From positions 1-19,800 of the IMG/VR virus record IMGVR_UViG_2609459834_000013: a stretch of 19,800 nucleotides of DNA. One strand, 5' to 3'. Under the pieces are notes generated by a model. The model had not been told where the DNA came from. It ran no database searches and saw only the letters and a program-made list of their open reading frames with translations. Source of the stretch: a virus. Its lineage: Duplodnaviria; Heunggongvirae; Uroviricota; Caudoviricetes. Position numbers and translations under genes: made by a program. Below, in pieces: positions 19,187 through 19,800 of the stretch. Within the stretch, counting starts at the first letter, position 1. Each line of letters begins with the position of its first letter.

Positions 19187-19531
19187 ATGTCAGATTTGGC
19201 TATGAAGGTTTTGAAATGGCAATCGACTGGCGATGTTGGCATCAGTAGCGCAACTCTTACCTCAATCGCATGTGGACTGAAAAAGAATATCTATGGTCAT
19301 CACTTCGGCGCTCCCCATGACGCAGCAGACTTCCGGCGATGCGTTGCACTTGTTGAGCAGATTCCAGAAATCAGAGATTCATTCGACAAGGTTGCAAAGC
19401 GCGTTCCGGCATTCAAAGGAATCCTCAACGAATGGGATTCACTCGTTGCTCTGTTGAAGTCTGAAATGAAGATACACGGAAACAAAGCACCAGAGACTTA
19501 CAGAAGAATTAGCGAGCTACGCAAGGACTAA
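19187..19531 (+). CDS. hypothetical protein (114 aa)
   Basis: ORF track; GGAG Shine-Dalgarno upstream; lies between two terminator-like hairpins. Confidence 0.5.
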   Translation: MSDLAMKVLKWQSTGDVGISSATLTSIACGLKKNIYGHHFGAPHDAADFRRCVALVEQIPEIRDSFDKVAKRVPAFKGILNEWDSLVALLKSEMKIHGNKAPETYRRISELRKD

Positions 19532-19608
19532 CGCCTCACACTCGATGAGGCCTGTACATATCTGATAGATCCGCTATATGGCGGTTTCTTTTTGCCTGGA
19601 GAATTAAG

Positions 19609-19800
19609 ATGACCGATACCAGCCTGATTCCTGAGAAAGAAGTGATGAACAAGCTCGGTGTTTCATCACGTCAGACAATCTGGAACTATACCAAACGGCA
19701 CGGATTTCCGAAGCCAGTCAGAACCCACCCCAAATCATACCTTCGTGAAGCTGTTGAGGGGTGGATTCTTAACGGTGGCGTTAATCAGAAATGCTCCTGA
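19609..19800 (+). CDS. xis: excisionase-like DNA-binding protein (AlpA/Xis-type HTH), 63 aa
   Basis: ORF track; …KEVMNKLGVSSRQTIWNYTKRHGFPKPV… resembles AlpA/excisionase-family proteins; sits at the end of the pL operon where xis precedes int (int would be beyond the window). Confidence 0.55.
   Translation: MTDTSLIPEKEVMNKLGVSSRQTIWNYTKRHGFPKPVRTHPKSYLREAVEGWILNGGVNQKCS

Noticed and set aside
14667-19485. Track ORFs 14667..14951, 15663..15926, 15730..15960, 16142..16381, 16197..16403, 16601..16795, 16923..17366, 17102..17335, 17113..17439, 17749..17979, 18021..18233, 18124..18375, 18446..18709, 18672..19007, 18973..19242, 19300..19485
   Set aside because: Antisense or alternate-frame shadows of the coupled plus-strand operon genes; none has an independent RBS or recognisable domain.

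Overview
The window is about 19.8 kb of a mosaic lambdoid prophage (E. coli / Enterobacteriaceae type), lying with its rightward (pR / late) genes on the minus strand. From left to right: the 3' end of an unidentified plus-strand ORF; an apparently truncated terminase large subunit and an intact terminase small subunit; a KilA-N gene module; a lysis cassette Rz/Rz1-R-S (R and S match lambda from memory); pR'/tR'; Q; a nin region (ninI phosphatase, ninH, ninG, ninF, ninE, ninB plus three extra genes including an orphan Dam-type methyltransferase); an AT-rich two-gene insert; a DnaB-type helicase and an O-type initiator with origin iterons inside the gene; cII; nutR; cro and cI of phage 434 with three OR operators of the 434 type; a cI-linked secreted protein; OL/pL/nutL; N; a convergent antisense-oriented gene; an acidic small protein; cIII-like, kil-like, Erf and SSB recombination genes; a cluster of ea-type hypothetical genes; and an excisionase-like gene at the right edge. 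No rRNA, tRNA, CRISPR, transposase or integrase is visible. The most interesting candidates for undescribed function are the accessory (moron) loci at classical lambdoid hotspots: the antisense gene plus acidic protein between N and cIII, the secreted protein immediately downstream of cI (rexAB position), and the AT-rich gene pair between the helicase and ninB (ren position). All identifications come from reading the translations and recalling protein families; no database search was run. Coordinates of motifs outside the ORF track (operators, terminators, small ORFs) were derived by hand and may be off by 1-3 bp.
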